NCBI GenBank assembly: GCA_008369845.1
Contig: MRSU01000520.1
Span: 1-58,605, forward strand
DNA from: Trichomonas gallinae
Lineage: Eukaryota
Reading direction: 5' to 3'
Length of the DNA stretch: 58,605 nucleotides
Shown here: piece by piece, positions 21,324 to 32,271 of the stretch
Layout: the number at the start of each line of letters is the position of its first letter
How positions within the stretch are numbered: the stretch's first letter is position 1
The notes under the pieces: generated by a model
Database searches by the model: none
Told to the model about the DNA's origin: nothing
Seen by the model: only the letters and a program-made list of their open reading frames with translations
Translations under genes and position numbers: made by a program

Positions 21324-21947
21324 ATGATTAATTCAGATGAAAAAGAGCTCATTCATTCGCTTCATATGGCTATAAATACCATAGGGTCATTTGTCTGCTA
21401 CGACGAGCAGCTTGCAGACTTTGTTGGCTCAAAAGAAATTGATAAAATAAGAGAATATTATGATTCTTTCAACAAATTAATAAAGGAATCGGTTAATTAT
21501 AATATAAAAATTGATGAGCCGGCCTCATCATTCATAAAACCAGATAAAAAAGATGAACTTTTACAAATGTTTTTAGATGATGAATCAAAATGGAACAAAT
21601 TGAAGTCTACATTCAATGCAAGTCTATTGCAACCGAGATTTAAAACATATTGGGACAATATTTTGAAAAACAAACCTAAAGAAATTAAAAATGAAGTATT
21701 TGAAGTTCTTGGGTATATAATTGATGATTTATGCGAAGAATTTAATGAATCGAAGTCCATTGTCACAGCACATATCACATTGGCCAAAAATATCGTAAAA
21801 CTTGAAGATCCAAATATTAAAAACGTTGCTTTTAATAATAGTATTAAGATTCTCAAAGAACTCTGTAATTATTCTGAATTACTTAATTCATTTCAGTTTT
21901 CGCAGTTCGAACTAGTGGAAACAATAATTATCAAGTATTTGAATTGA
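21324..21947 (+). CDS. Hypothetical protein
   Basis: 207-aa AT-rich ORF with Inr TCACT about 17 nt upstream; no recognisable motif. Confidence 0.65.
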   Translation: MINSDEKELIHSLHMAINTIGSFVCYDEQLADFVGSKEIDKIREYYDSFNKLIKESVNYNIKIDEPASSFIKPDKKDELLQMFLDDESKWNKLKSTFNASLLQPRFKTYWDNILKNKPKEIKNEVFEVLGYIIDDLCEEFNESKSIVTAHITLAKNIVKLEDPNIKNVAFNNSIKILKELCNYSELLNSFQFSQFELVETIIIKYLN

Positions 21948-22133
21948 TCCTAGCTCAATTTATACTATTGTTAAATTATTTTATTTTTATAATTTTTTTT
22001 CTTTTTTTTATGATATAAATATGTGAAAAGACACAATTCTGGAATGAACTTTTATTGCTAATACGTAAAAGTCGAAAATTAACAATAATCGATTTTTATA
22101 TAAAGTGTCATACTACAACATGTTGAATTTAAC

Positions 22134-23018
22134 TTATAATTTAAGATCCTCTGGTTTCAATCTGTCGAAGTTAACTTTCAGTCTCTTGTAATATTTCTTT
22201 CCGTTTTCGTCAACCAAAATGGCGCGAATGTAGTGCTCAACAATGAGCTTTGTGTTCTTGTATGGTGGATATGGCCAGATATCACAGTCGCCAATGAAGA
22301 AGCGGATTGGGATATGGTCACCACGGCAAGGAGCACCGTCCATAATCTCCATTGTCTTGAGCTCGATCTTCTCCTTGATGAATGTGTCGCCAGAGAAGTT
22401 CTCAGTTCTATAGAGAGTCAATGACATGTGAACAATGCGCAATTTGATGGCGATGAAGTAAACCGCACCAACGACGCAGTCCCTGCAGTCATACTGAGCT
22501 CTTGGGAAGACGAACTCGATGTGGAGGACGTTCTTGATACCAACTTCGTTATGGATTGGAGCAATCTTTTCGAGTGGCTCGAAAATAATTACATCGAGTG
22601 GAGATTCAACCTTGAAGTCAATCATTCTGTGGGTAACTACAACCTGGACGAAATATTGGACATTGATGGTTGAGCCTCTGTAGGAGGAGCATGGGAAGTC
22701 GACATTTTCGAAAGCGAAGTCCTGCTTGATCGGGGTCTTAAGCTCACCCTCTGGAACAAGTTCCTGACGTTTGACAAAGAATCTGCCCAAAACGCTGCCA
22801 TTGATCTTCCTGTATTCACCGATAAGGAGGAGGACAATTCCCTTGTGCGAGATTGCTTTTCCTGGCGGTGGGACAATTTCTAATTTGCCACGAACTGATT
22901 CATGCTTGGTGTAGACCGGATTTTTAGTTTTGAGGTATGTATCGCGGTAGTTTATGAACTTTTCGTTTTCATTTACGCTGACTGTAACAGTAGGGTCTGA
23001 CTTAAAAATTCCAAACAT
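22134..23018 (-). CDS. VPS26: Retromer subunit Vps26
   Basis: HKGI...IG, IHNEVGIKNVLHIEF, GAVYFIAIKLRIVHM, EIMDGAPCRGDHIPIRFF and LVDENGKKYYK motifs. Confidence 0.95.
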   Translation of the reverse strand: MFGIFKSDPTVTVSVNENEKFINYRDTYLKTKNPVYTKHESVRGKLEIVPPPGKAISHKGIVLLLIGEYRKINGSVLGRFFVKRQELVPEGELKTPIKQDFAFENVDFPCSSYRGSTINVQYFVQVVVTHRMIDFKVESPLDVIIFEPLEKIAPIHNEVGIKNVLHIEFVFPRAQYDCRDCVVGAVYFIAIKLRIVHMSLTLYRTENFSGDTFIKEKIELKTMEIMDGAPCRGDHIPIRFFIGDCDIWPYPPYKNTKLIVEHYIRAILVDENGKKYYKRLKVNFDRLKPEDLKL

Positions 23019-23350
23019 TAGAAGTTGGTGAGATTATATTTGTCACCTTTTGCGGCATAAATTTGACAATCAAAAATACTTCAAAAAACACACGAAATAG
23101 CAATAATACATCATATACTATATAAATATAAAATAAAAATCGGATTTCGCGATAAATTATTTTTAAATCTAGAAATATCGAATAATTTTGTTTTATTTTT
23201 AGAAAACTAGAATTACAATGTCATTTGAGACCATTATCCAATAGTTTTAGATAAAATGACACGAATTTTATTCCACCTTAAATTCTTTGTTTTTAGAATA
23301 TATATCATATTATCAATCTATTTTCACGAAGAAAATCTGGAAAATCTTCA

Positions 23351-23495
23351 TCTCATAAATAAACGACGAACATAATGATCCGACTTGTAAACGTCAGATT
23401 AAAATTTTACATGACAGAAAATGGCAAATCTGACAAATAAACGACAGAAAGTATGATATGCCATGTAAACATCATGTTTTGTTTTTACATGACAG
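23351..23495. repeat. Degenerate 78-bp-period tandem duplication containing GTAAAC/TTTACATGAC motifs
   Basis: 23351-23417 and 23429-23495 align without gaps at about 49/67 identity by my manual count; an exact TTTTACATGACAG occurs at 23405 and 23483. Confidence 0.7.
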
Positions 23496-23795
23496 TTACT
23501 TTGCTGATTATGTTTCTCCCGATGAATAAACTACAAATAGATTGATCTGGTAAATAAACAACGAACAGATAGTAAATGTCTCGACAAATACAATACAATA
23601 TTAATTTGTCTTGTAAATATTAATTTTTATCATTTACACGTCAAATTTTGATTCATTCATATATATTTACAAAGTTGTTATGATGCTGTACAAGGAAGCA
23701 AAAAAATGAATATTTTCAATCATAAATCTATTTATAAAGTCTTTATAACAACATATAACATGTACATAAAAATAATATTATAATATTATATTATA

Positions 23796-26700
23796 TCATA
23801 TGAAATCTTCACCAGATTCAGGTTCGCTTTCGTCATCATCAGAGATCTTCTTCCTTCTGCTCTTCTTTGGTCTCGAAGAGTCACTCTTCTTGACTTCCTT
23901 GCCAATCCTGAATTTGAGTTTTGTAATCTGTGGCATATTGAAGAAAATGTCGTCATTCTTGAATTTCCTTGCTCCGACATCCATAAAGTGTTGTAATCCG
24001 ATTGTTGACCTGATGTATTCAGGAATTGACTGCTCATTCCTCAAATACATTGTATAGAAAGGTAATCTTTGCTCTTTCAGTATGTCATCCATTCTATCGA
24101 GGCCTACAACCATCACGTGCTCAAGGAAGCTCCTAGTGTGCGCGTCAGTCCACATAGAAGCGCTTTCATCTATAGGTTCGTACGCGTCTCTCATCACGAA
24201 ATCTTTGATAGCTGAAACTAATTCGATTTTCTCAAGCAACTCGTTTGCGTCTTGGGCTGCTATTGTTGTCCATGTCCACGCAGCTTTCGTTGAACTGACT
24301 GCTTCGGGGCTGTCCTCGTAATGACAGATGCTTGGTGGAATAACAACCGAGCTTCTCCCACTTCGAGATGACAATAACCGTTTGACTTGGACAGCGAAGC
24401 ACGCGACGCTTGTTGTGTTCTTGGAAAGCAGACCAGTGTGAGAGTGGAACTCGAAAGCAGCTTCTGGTGAGAAGCAGAAGTTCCTCAACGCGCTGCAAAG
24501 CGCTGCGAACTCATAACCAGTCCACCATGAAAATTGGAGGCAGCAGTTGAATCCAGAAATAATCAGATCCGATCTCATTCTGTGCATGACGGCTTCTATG
24601 TTTGGATCATATACATCGAAGTCTCCGCAGTCGAACAATTTAGAAATTACTTCTGGAGAGATCTTCTTGTTTCCTGGCTCTGATGTCATTATATCTTCCT
24701 TTGAGTGATTGCGCAGCCAAGCACTGACAACAAGTCTGCACTCGATTGTCATTAGAGTCTCGAATCCTCTGTCTGACAACTCGTCTTTGATGTATTTGCA
24801 CGTTTCGCATTCTTGTGATAATTCGTGCTCAGGTGGAAAAGCATTGAAGACTTGGTGCTTTGATCCGCATGAGACTAAGTCCATCGAGAAATCAAAAATG
24901 TCTTCTTCTAGGTAATAAAGCAAAAGAGGGAACTGAGCGATAGATGATGGGACCATCATTCTCATCGCGATGATAATTGCCGCGAGACAGAATTTAACGA
25001 CTTGCTCAGGAGTTTTGTCGTTTATAGGCATCCACTGTTTGTACTCAGAATGTCTCATTCTAATGAATAATTCTGACGCTTCTGAGGCGGACAATGCGAA
25101 GCTCATCGATCTCGAGCGTTTCGTGCGCCTTTCATCGAGTTCTTCGACTGGAAAAGTGTTCAAAAAGTCTGCATCAGATGTTGCGTAATTTTCTTCTTCT
25201 TTCTCTTCGAGAGGAGCTTGTAATTGTTTCAGGTTAGAAGGACTGAAATCGTTGACGACTGTCGACACTTCTTCGAGTTCTTCGACAAAAGATAAATTGC
25301 TTGACACATTAAAATCAACTGGCGGAGGTTTGTGAAGCCTTGGAAGATTGACTGATTTGTCCTCGACGATTGTTCCGCCGAGCATTGTCCTCCACAGCTC
25401 TAATTTCCTCTGCGCCCTCACGAACATCTCGTGCTCGTATGTTTTGTAAGTAATCAGTCTAATAATGTCGACTTTTTGTGTCTGGCCAATTCTGTGGACT
25501 CTTGCTTGGGCTTGCAAGTCGTTTTGCGGGTTCCAGTCCGGATCGAAGATGATGGCAGTGTCAGCGATTGTTAAGTTTAAGCCTTCTGAGCCCGCGCGCG
25601 TTGAAATTAAAAATACAAAACTTGATGTTGATTCGTCAGCGAATCTTGAAACGGCTGCGTTCTTTTCGACATCACCCATCTGACCTGTGAGTAATTCATG
25701 AGAATGGCCTCTGATTGTGCAATATTCTTTTAATAATCTCAATAACTTAATGAATTGGGAGAAAATTAAGACTCTGTGGCCTTCTCTCTTCAGTGTTGTT
25801 AAAATTCTGTCGAGCCATGCGAATTTCGTTGAAACAGACAATAATAATTCTAATCTGCTCATATTCCTAAATTTGGCAGTGTAGAACTCCTCAGCTCCAT
25901 CTATTAAGAATGGATGCAAGCAAACTTTGTGCATATCATTTGCTTCGTGAGCTGTATCAACCGTTTCTTCATTAACTTTAATTCCTTTGAGTCTCCAGAG
26001 CGAATGGAGCTTGATAAGACGCATCAGTTCTTCCTGTGTCTCTGATAATCTCACCAAAGCGACTCTTTCTTCTTTTGGCGCGATTGAATTTTCAACTTCA
26101 CCTAAAGATCTGCGCATTAGATGCGGCTTGATCGCGTTCTGCATCTGCCTGATATCGTCATCCGAGAGCTGTTCGATATCTGTCTCTAAAAACGGAGGAT
26201 CTTTCTGGAAAAATTGCGGTGACACAAATTTAAGGAGAGCCCAAAGCTCTCCTAGCGAGTTTTGTATTGGAGTACCTGTGAGAATAATCCTGTGCTTGTA
26301 AGGAAGAGAAGCGAGCGCGTTATTCTTCTTGCCTTGTGAATTCTTGATTCTGTGGCCTTCATCGACGACAATGACCTGCCACGTGTATTGCAAAAAGTCT
26401 GCATCCTTCAAAAGAACATCATACGAAACTAATAAAATGCTGAAATTAATTTTTCCTGGAATAGGATTTCCTGCGTGATCTAATGATGGCATCTGGAATT
26501 CTCTTATCATCTTTCTGCTGGCTGGACCGCCATTGTAAGCAATATACTTGAGATTTGTCCACTTTTCGATTTCATCACACCATTGCTTGAAGCAGTTGGT
26601 TCTAACTGTAATGAGGAATGGTCCATACCATCCAATGGAGCTGATGTAGCTCAGAAATGCAAGAATTTGGATTGTTTTACCTAAACCCATTTCATCTGCA

Positions 26701-28049
26701 AGAATGGAGCCGTGCTTTTGCGCCCAGCAGCCAATAAGCCAACGAATACCTTCTACCTGATACGGACGCAAAACATTTTCTGGCGTTTTAACGTATGTAT
26801 TTGGTGGAGGCAAATTTGGTGGAATTTGCGGCGAAATCAGCGAAATACTGACCAAACTTTGGAAATATTTCGTTAATGTCTCCTGGGAGATGTAATCCCA
26901 GTAGAATAAAACGTTTGCTTCGTATGTAAATCTGAATAACAACTGATAAGGCGCTGTTTGGTTTTCTCGGCGATGAGCGACCGGATATGGTGGCTGGCTG
27001 TCATCTCTAGTGCTGAGAACTGAAATACTGACCGGCGCAGCTTTGAATTTCGAATAATGAGTTTGCGCTTTTGGTAAATTCATCACTGTATTCTCTGGAA
27101 TCCATTCACAAAGAGCCTGCGGAGAATCCTGGAATCTTACCAGTAATTCCATTCCTGAAGCTCCTTCTCTTTGGAAATAAATATGATCTAATTTATGAGG
27201 ATCGTCGTTTGTATCTTTTACATCTTCTTCTTCGATCAGATCTTCATCATCTATATAGCTGACTTGGTTAGTTTTCCTGCTGCTTGTTCTTTTTTCGATA
27301 AATTCTTCAGGAATTTTATCGAAAGCGCTTGAGACGTCATTTCCGAAGTCAGCATCACTGTCATCCGAATCCATGTTCTTTGATTTCTTTTTCTTCCTTT
27401 CTTTCTTCTGTTTTGGCTGTTTTTGCTTTTTCGGCGCTGGTGGAGGCGCTGGGACAGGCGTAGGAAGAAGATTTTGCTGTATCTGAGGTGTGGGCATAAT
27501 GGGCTTGATCGGTGGCTGAGTATTTTGCGGCGGCGTCGGCATTTTCTGTTGTTGGTTATATTGGTTATGCATCATTGGCGCCATTCTCTGCTGATACTGG
27601 TGATAAACGGCCATCTGCTGCATAGTCATTGCGTTTGGAGACATCATTTGCTGTCTGTTCTGTTGCATTTGATTGGCTTGCATTTGTGATTGCATTTGAT
27701 TCTGCAGCTGCATCTGCGTAAATTGCCTCTGCATCATTGTTTGCTGATTCATGTATTGCTGCTGTTGCATTTGAGGCATTTGCTGCGGTGTTTGGGGCTG
27801 CATCTGATACATTTGCTGGTCAGGTGTCGAAATCGGCTTTTGTTGCTGTTGCATTTGTTGTTTTTGCTGTTGCTGCTGTTGCATGTATTGTTGTTGCTGA
27901 AATTGCGGATTCATTTGATAAAAATATTGATAATTCATTCCCATCTGTGGCTGACGGTACATTTGATACTGGAAGTTATAACCATATGGAATCTGCTGGT
28001 TATTTTGCATCATCCCATTCATGTCCTTTCCTTGCCCATTAGGATTCAT
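23796..28049 (-). CDS. SNF2-family chromatin remodeller, CHD-like, with Q/M-rich N-terminus
   Basis: LRPYQVEG, ILADEMGLGKT, VVDEGHRIKN, LTGTPIQN, HRVLIFSQF, STRAGSEGLNL and DWNPQNDLQAQARVHRIGQ motifs; ATG 28049 follows a TCATT Inr. Confidence 0.95.
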   Translation of the reverse strand: MNPNGQGKDMNGMMQNNQQIPYGYNFQYQMYRQPQMGMNYQYFYQMNPQFQQQQYMQQQQQQKQQMQQQQKPISTPDQQMYQMQPQTPQQMPQMQQQQYMNQQTMMQRQFTQMQLQNQMQSQMQANQMQQNRQQMMSPNAMTMQQMAVYHQYQQRMAPMMHNQYNQQQKMPTPPQNTQPPIKPIMPTPQIQQNLLPTPVPAPPPAPKKQKQPKQKKERKKKKSKNMDSDDSDADFGNDVSSAFDKIPEEFIEKRTSSRKTNQVSYIDDEDLIEEEDVKDTNDDPHKLDHIYFQREGASGMELLVRFQDSPQALCEWIPENTVMNLPKAQTHYSKFKAAPVSISVLSTRDDSQPPYPVAHRRENQTAPYQLLFRFTYEANVLFYWDYISQETLTKYFQSLVSISLISPQIPPNLPPPNTYVKTPENVLRPYQVEGIRWLIGCWAQKHGSILADEMGLGKTIQILAFLSYISSIGWYGPFLITVRTNCFKQWCDEIEKWTNLKYIAYNGGPASRKMIREFQMPSLDHAGNPIPGKINFSILLVSYDVLLKDADFLQYTWQVIVVDEGHRIKNSQGKKNNALASLPYKHRIILTGTPIQNSLGELWALLKFVSPQFFQKDPPFLETDIEQLSDDDIRQMQNAIKPHLMRRSLGEVENSIAPKEERVALVRLSETQEELMRLIKLHSLWRLKGIKVNEETVDTAHEANDMHKVCLHPFLIDGAEEFYTAKFRNMSRLELLLSVSTKFAWLDRILTTLKREGHRVLIFSQFIKLLRLLKEYCTIRGHSHELLTGQMGDVEKNAAVSRFADESTSSFVFLISTRAGSEGLNLTIADTAIIFDPDWNPQNDLQAQARVHRIGQTQKVDIIRLITYKTYEHEMFVRAQRKLELWRTMLGGTIVEDKSVNLPRLHKPPPVDFNVSSNLSFVEELEEVSTVVNDFSPSNLKQLQAPLEEKEEENYATSDADFLNTFPVEELDERRTKRSRSMSFALSASEASELFIRMRHSEYKQWMPINDKTPEQVVKFCLAAIIIAMRMMVPSSIAQFPLLLYYLEEDIFDFSMDLVSCGSKHQVFNAFPPEHELSQECETCKYIKDELSDRGFETLMTIECRLVVSAWLRNHSKEDIMTSEPGNKKISPEVISKLFDCGDFDVYDPNIEAVMHRMRSDLIISGFNCCLQFSWWTGYEFAALCSALRNFCFSPEAAFEFHSHTGLLSKNTTSVACFAVQVKRLLSSRSGRSSVVIPPSICHYEDSPEAVSSTKAAWTWTTIAAQDANELLEKIELVSAIKDFVMRDAYEPIDESASMWTDAHTRSFLEHVMVVGLDRMDDILKEQRLPFYTMYLRNEQSIPEYIRSTIGLQHFMDVGARKFKNDDIFFNMPQITKLKFRIGKEVKKSDSSRPKKSRRKKISDDDESEPESGEDFI

Positions 28050-28687
28050 CTCGAGAGATTTCCTCAGAGCGGGAATGACGATTATTTTACCCTCAATCAC
28101 AAAATTTTCCAGATTTTCCTTTTTTACATCATATCTCTTATTACATCTATTAGTATTGTCTATTTTCAAAAACAAAGTCGCAAAATTTCGATTTTTTCAA
28201 ATTTTCGTTATCAAAATTTTTGAGTTTGAAGACTAATGTTAACATTAAACAATTATTTAATTTCTATTATATCTTATTTTAGATTACACTGCACCAGTTT
28301 ATGATTTATTAATAAATCAAGATATATTTTACTAAACATATACCAAATACAAGACAATTTACCGAATTATTGATCCATAGATCAATAAATTGATGCTGAT
28401 TGAAATGCACATATGGAATATCGAAATAAATATTAATAATCTGATTGAAATACTCCACAATTGTAAAAAAATCTGATGTACTACACCTATTAACATCCTT
28501 AATGCATATAATATTCTTCACTAATTATTTGCTATGAATACAATTAACTATAGAATGATTGCACAACTTTGTATCAGTATCAACAGAGCACACAACAGAA
28601 ATCACACGTGGTAATATAGATATTACGTAGTCTAAATAAGAATATGATGCAATGTCACTTTTCTTGATGTGCTAATTAAAAAATTAC

Positions 28688-29323
28688 ATGGAGTCACTGG
28701 ATGAATGGCGAGCTAAATCACTTGACTTATTCGCAGAGTTGAGCATCCTTGAGAAGAAGCGAATGGACCTATCTCAGACATTGTTTCTTCTGGAATTGCA
28801 GATAGAAACGAATATTCTAAAAAGGGAGAAATTTTCGATTCACCAAAGCAGAAACAAGGCAAATGAAATTAAGTCACCAACGAAATTACAAGAGTTTAAG
28901 AGGTCTGAAATACAAAATGACTTAAACTCTGCAAAAAATAATTTATCTTCAATTTTGTTGTTAATTGATCAGAAACTCAAGAATTATATGAGTACAGAAA
29001 ATAGGAAAAATGATATAAAGCTTCCTTCACCTCAATTTAGGGATATAGGAAAGAAGAATTTCGATGAAGAAGATTTAGCATCACATCTTGCAAACTATTC
29101 ACAAATACTAAAAAGAATTGCATTACTTGAACATAAAATCAAGCAAGACAATGAAAAAATCCTTCATTTGAAAAATATGGAAAAGTCAATGCTTGATATG
29201 GCTCACTTTATAATTAATAACAATGAAAATCTCAATATATCTGATATCCAGACATTATATGATGAGAAATTCCAGATTTATAATTATTCATTTTATCATG
29301 ATGATTTTTCAATAAAATGCTAA
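28688..29323 (+). CDS. Hypothetical coiled-coil protein
   Basis: 211-aa ORF rich in L/E/K heptads; GTCACTTT (Inr) at 28654. Confidence 0.7.
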   Translation: MESLDEWRAKSLDLFAELSILEKKRMDLSQTLFLLELQIETNILKREKFSIHQSRNKANEIKSPTKLQEFKRSEIQNDLNSAKNNLSSILLLIDQKLKNYMSTENRKNDIKLPSPQFRDIGKKNFDEEDLASHLANYSQILKRIALLEHKIKQDNEKILHLKNMEKSMLDMAHFIINNNENLNISDIQTLYDEKFQIYNYSFYHDDFSIKC

Positions 29324-29399
29324 TGTAAAAACGATTTTATGCTTGAATTTTATTGATATCATAAACGAAAACCTATGAATCAATAGGAAAGGTATTAGG

Positions 29400-30237
29400 A
29401 AGCATTATCATGGGTTTTGCAGGTAAAATGATCATATGATGATTGAAGCAGGTGCTTGATTGGAAGCAGTAGATATTGATGGAAACACGGCATTAATAGC
29501 GGCTATAAATAGCCATCAAATAGGTTGCACATCTATTTTGATTAATGCATGCTATTTGTTTTGGAAACTGGAGCCAATATAAATGAGCGCGTTGAATCCA
29601 GGCATAGTTGATGAAAATGGAAGAACCTTATTAATGATTGCAGCTCAAAATGGTTTATCTGCAGATTCTGTTTCAGAATAAATCAATGCTGGAGTAAACA
29701 TTGAAGCAAAAGATAATTTCGGAAAGATAGCATTAATGCATGCTGCTGAATATGGCGGAAACGTTTTACCTCAAATCAAATCCGGTGCAAATATTGAAGT
29801 TCAAAATATTTATGGGCGAACAGCACTAATGTGGCTGCAAAATGCAATAAACATTGGTTAATATAAAAAAACTGATCGATAAAGGCGCAAACATTGAAGA
29901 CGATGAAGGAAATTTGCTTGCCCTAGAGAATGGACATATACAAGCAGCATCAACTCTACTTGATCTAGGAGCATATTTCAGTCAATATTCTGTAAGGAAA
30001 TTCTTGTCAAGTGATTCTGAAGAAGAAATTCCAGTATCATATCAAGGTTTTGAGCCAAATCATTCTACAGATTATGATAATGAAGAAGAACAAAGTGATG
30101 ATGCGGAATTTGAAAATTTAATCGGTAGAATTAAATCAATTAAGAATTCATATCATCAAGAACCCAACTCAGATGAACAAGTGATAATCAATATCGATGA
30201 CTCAGATTCAGAATCCGAAAATGATAATACTATGTAA
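29400..30237 (+). pseudogene. Ankyrin-repeat pseudogene with acidic C-terminal tail
   Basis: IEAGA*LEAVDIDGNTALIAA (TGA at 29457), DENGRTLLMIAAQNG, SE*INAGVNIEAKDNFGKIALMHAAEYG (TAA at 29679), GANIEVQNIYGRTALM and LIDKGANIED, spread over several frames. Confidence 0.88.
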
Positions 30238-30599
30238 ATTCATAGAATGTTTTTTTTTATTATTAAATTTATCATATTTAAACAAAATACCAATTTATCT
30301 TAACTAGAATAATGGTTTTTCCAATATATACCCAAGACCAGAACACACTTTCTCCATAAATAAATATCAAATTCACTGATAATATTGATGCATATACCTA
30401 ATGATTTTCAAAAAGCTTTATATGCTTTAAAAACATACTCTACGAAAAAAAGGTACTGTAAGAACAGTTTTTCGAACTCATTATGTTCTCAAAATTGTAT
30501 AATGAGTGCAAAATGATTGAAGAATGTTTTGTAAATGTAGAATAGTTTACATGACAAATTGAAAATGTAAAGTATTTTTGTCAGAAATATTAAAATATA

Positions 30600-30607
30600 A
30601 AAGTGAC
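30600..30607 (+). promoter_or_regulatory. Trichomonas core-promoter/5'UTR motif AAAGTGAC (M2)
   Basis: Exact AAAGTGAC separated from ATG 30609 by one base. Confidence 0.6.
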
Positions 30608-30608
30608 A

Positions 30609-32003
30609 ATGTCCCTTGAAATCTGGGATTCATTTGTCTGGAGTTCTGCTTCATTTATCATAGCACTTCGAGACGGATTAGAGCACAAATATGTCAATTC
30701 GATATATTTAGGTGTTCTTCTCGTCTTATCTTGGCTGAATCACTTACTTCATCAAAGACCAGTCTTTCGGCATGGATCTGCGCCGCAAATAGTAGGTGGA
30801 TTGCTAGCTGTTCCTACTGCACTAGTTGCACTCGGCTCAATTCATGCGTTTGACGCAGTTGTTATCGCGATCACTTTTGCAGCTCTGTTTTTACTATCGA
30901 CAAGTCGTATTCCCACATTCGATTTCAAATTTTCTATTGCTACAGTATTAGCTGTCCCATCAATTATTACATATTTAGCTAAAGAAAATTATTTTATCAC
31001 GACCTCAACAATGCTTTTCTCAACATTCGTAATTACTGTTTTAATGAGAAGAGCGCCAGGATCTTTCACTGTTGGTGAAGCAATAATGGTTTCAACACTC
31101 GCAGGTCTCCCGATTCGAACTTTAGTCAGCTCAGATCCACTTGTTCAGATAGATTCTGCATTAGTACTTGATGGATTATTATGCTTGTGCTTGGCATTAT
31201 TGATAAGACGCCCAATTTGCATAATTTTCGGATTTTTACCGTATTATTTCGTTTTTGTCCATTTCGGATACATTATTAAGTCGATTTTTACGCTTTCGCG
31301 TATTGCCATTGTTGCATACTGCGGAATTGTTTGCGTTGTCTTTATTTTGATTTCGATTTTCTGGAAAGGCCTTTCAAAGTTCCCACAAATCGTTCAGCGT
31401 AAGTTTTTCCATATCATGGCTTTGCTGGTCTTCATTGTTCCTGTTTCTTTGGATGTTGAATTAATGAGATTAGCAATTTCAGGCGCAATTTACATTTTCT
31501 TGTTCGTTGAAATGCTTAGACTCACTAGATTCCCTTATATTGCAACTCTAATTGAGTCTTACGTAGGAGATTTCTTAGATGATCGAGATTCCGGCGAACT
31601 TATCCTTACTCACCTCTTCTTGCTGCTAGGATGTGGTCTTCCTGTTGTTTTCTGCAACACAGAAGGCTTCGGAGGGCTTGCAACAAAAGTTTGCGGAATT
31701 TCAGTTTTGGCAATCGGCGACGCTGCTGCCAGCGCAATCGGAATCAAGTATGGCAAGCATAAGTGGCCAGGCTCGAAGAAGAGCATTGAGGGCACATGTG
31801 GAGCTTTCGTTGGCACGTGGGTAACAATAGTGATGCTCACAACGGTCGGATTATTAACTGTTGACTGGAAACGCTCACTTTTGCTTGCTATTCCATCTAT
31901 TATTGGCGCCCTTGATGAAGCTTTCACATCACAGATTGATAATTTGACATTGCCTTTCGCCATCATCCCTTTTGTTGTTATTTGTATGAATTTATTAAAC
32001 TAA
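30609..32003 (+). CDS. DOLK: Dolichol kinase (cytidylyltransferase-like multi-TM family)
   Basis: SFTVGEA, QRKFFHI, FLDDRDSGELILTHLFLLLGCGLP and GDAAASAIGIKYGKHKWPGSKKSIEG...TSQIDNL motifs. Confidence 0.93.
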   Translation: MSLEIWDSFVWSSASFIIALRDGLEHKYVNSIYLGVLLVLSWLNHLLHQRPVFRHGSAPQIVGGLLAVPTALVALGSIHAFDAVVIAITFAALFLLSTSRIPTFDFKFSIATVLAVPSIITYLAKENYFITTSTMLFSTFVITVLMRRAPGSFTVGEAIMVSTLAGLPIRTLVSSDPLVQIDSALVLDGLLCLCLALLIRRPICIIFGFLPYYFVFVHFGYIIKSIFTLSRIAIVAYCGIVCVVFILISIFWKGLSKFPQIVQRKFFHIMALLVFIVPVSLDVELMRLAISGAIYIFLFVEMLRLTRFPYIATLIESYVGDFLDDRDSGELILTHLFLLLGCGLPVVFCNTEGFGGLATKVCGISVLAIGDAAASAIGIKYGKHKWPGSKKSIEGTCGAFVGTWVTIVMLTTVGLLTVDWKRSLLLAIPSIIGALDEAFTSQIDNLTLPFAIIPFVVICMNLLN

Positions 32004-32051
32004 AAATATTTATCATTTACAAACCAAATTTATAGAAAAGTCGCTCTTAGA

Positions 32052-32220
32052 TCATGTAGAACTAATGCCGATCATTCTCAGCAGCAAGAGCATAAGCAGT
32101 CTTTCCTTATTTGTTTTCATAATCAATTCTCTTATTAACCAATGTTTATAGCATTGTGCAGCCAACATTAGTGCTGTTCGACCATTTTTTTTTTTTGATT
32201 CCACAACAATGAATATTGAT
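32052..32220 (-). pseudogene. Isolated ankyrin-repeat remnant
   Basis: VESKKKNGRTALMLAAQ followed by a degenerate second repeat; no proper start codon. Confidence 0.5.
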
Positions 32221-32271
32221 TTAATCCATATAAAATAACTAAATTTTTGCATTTTAAAATACTGTTTTTAC

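Noticed and set aside
23340..23650. CRISPR-like reading of the periodic motif arrays
   Set aside because: Repeats are short, degenerate and in both orientations, spacers are partly homologous, there are no cas genes, and the genome is eukaryotic.
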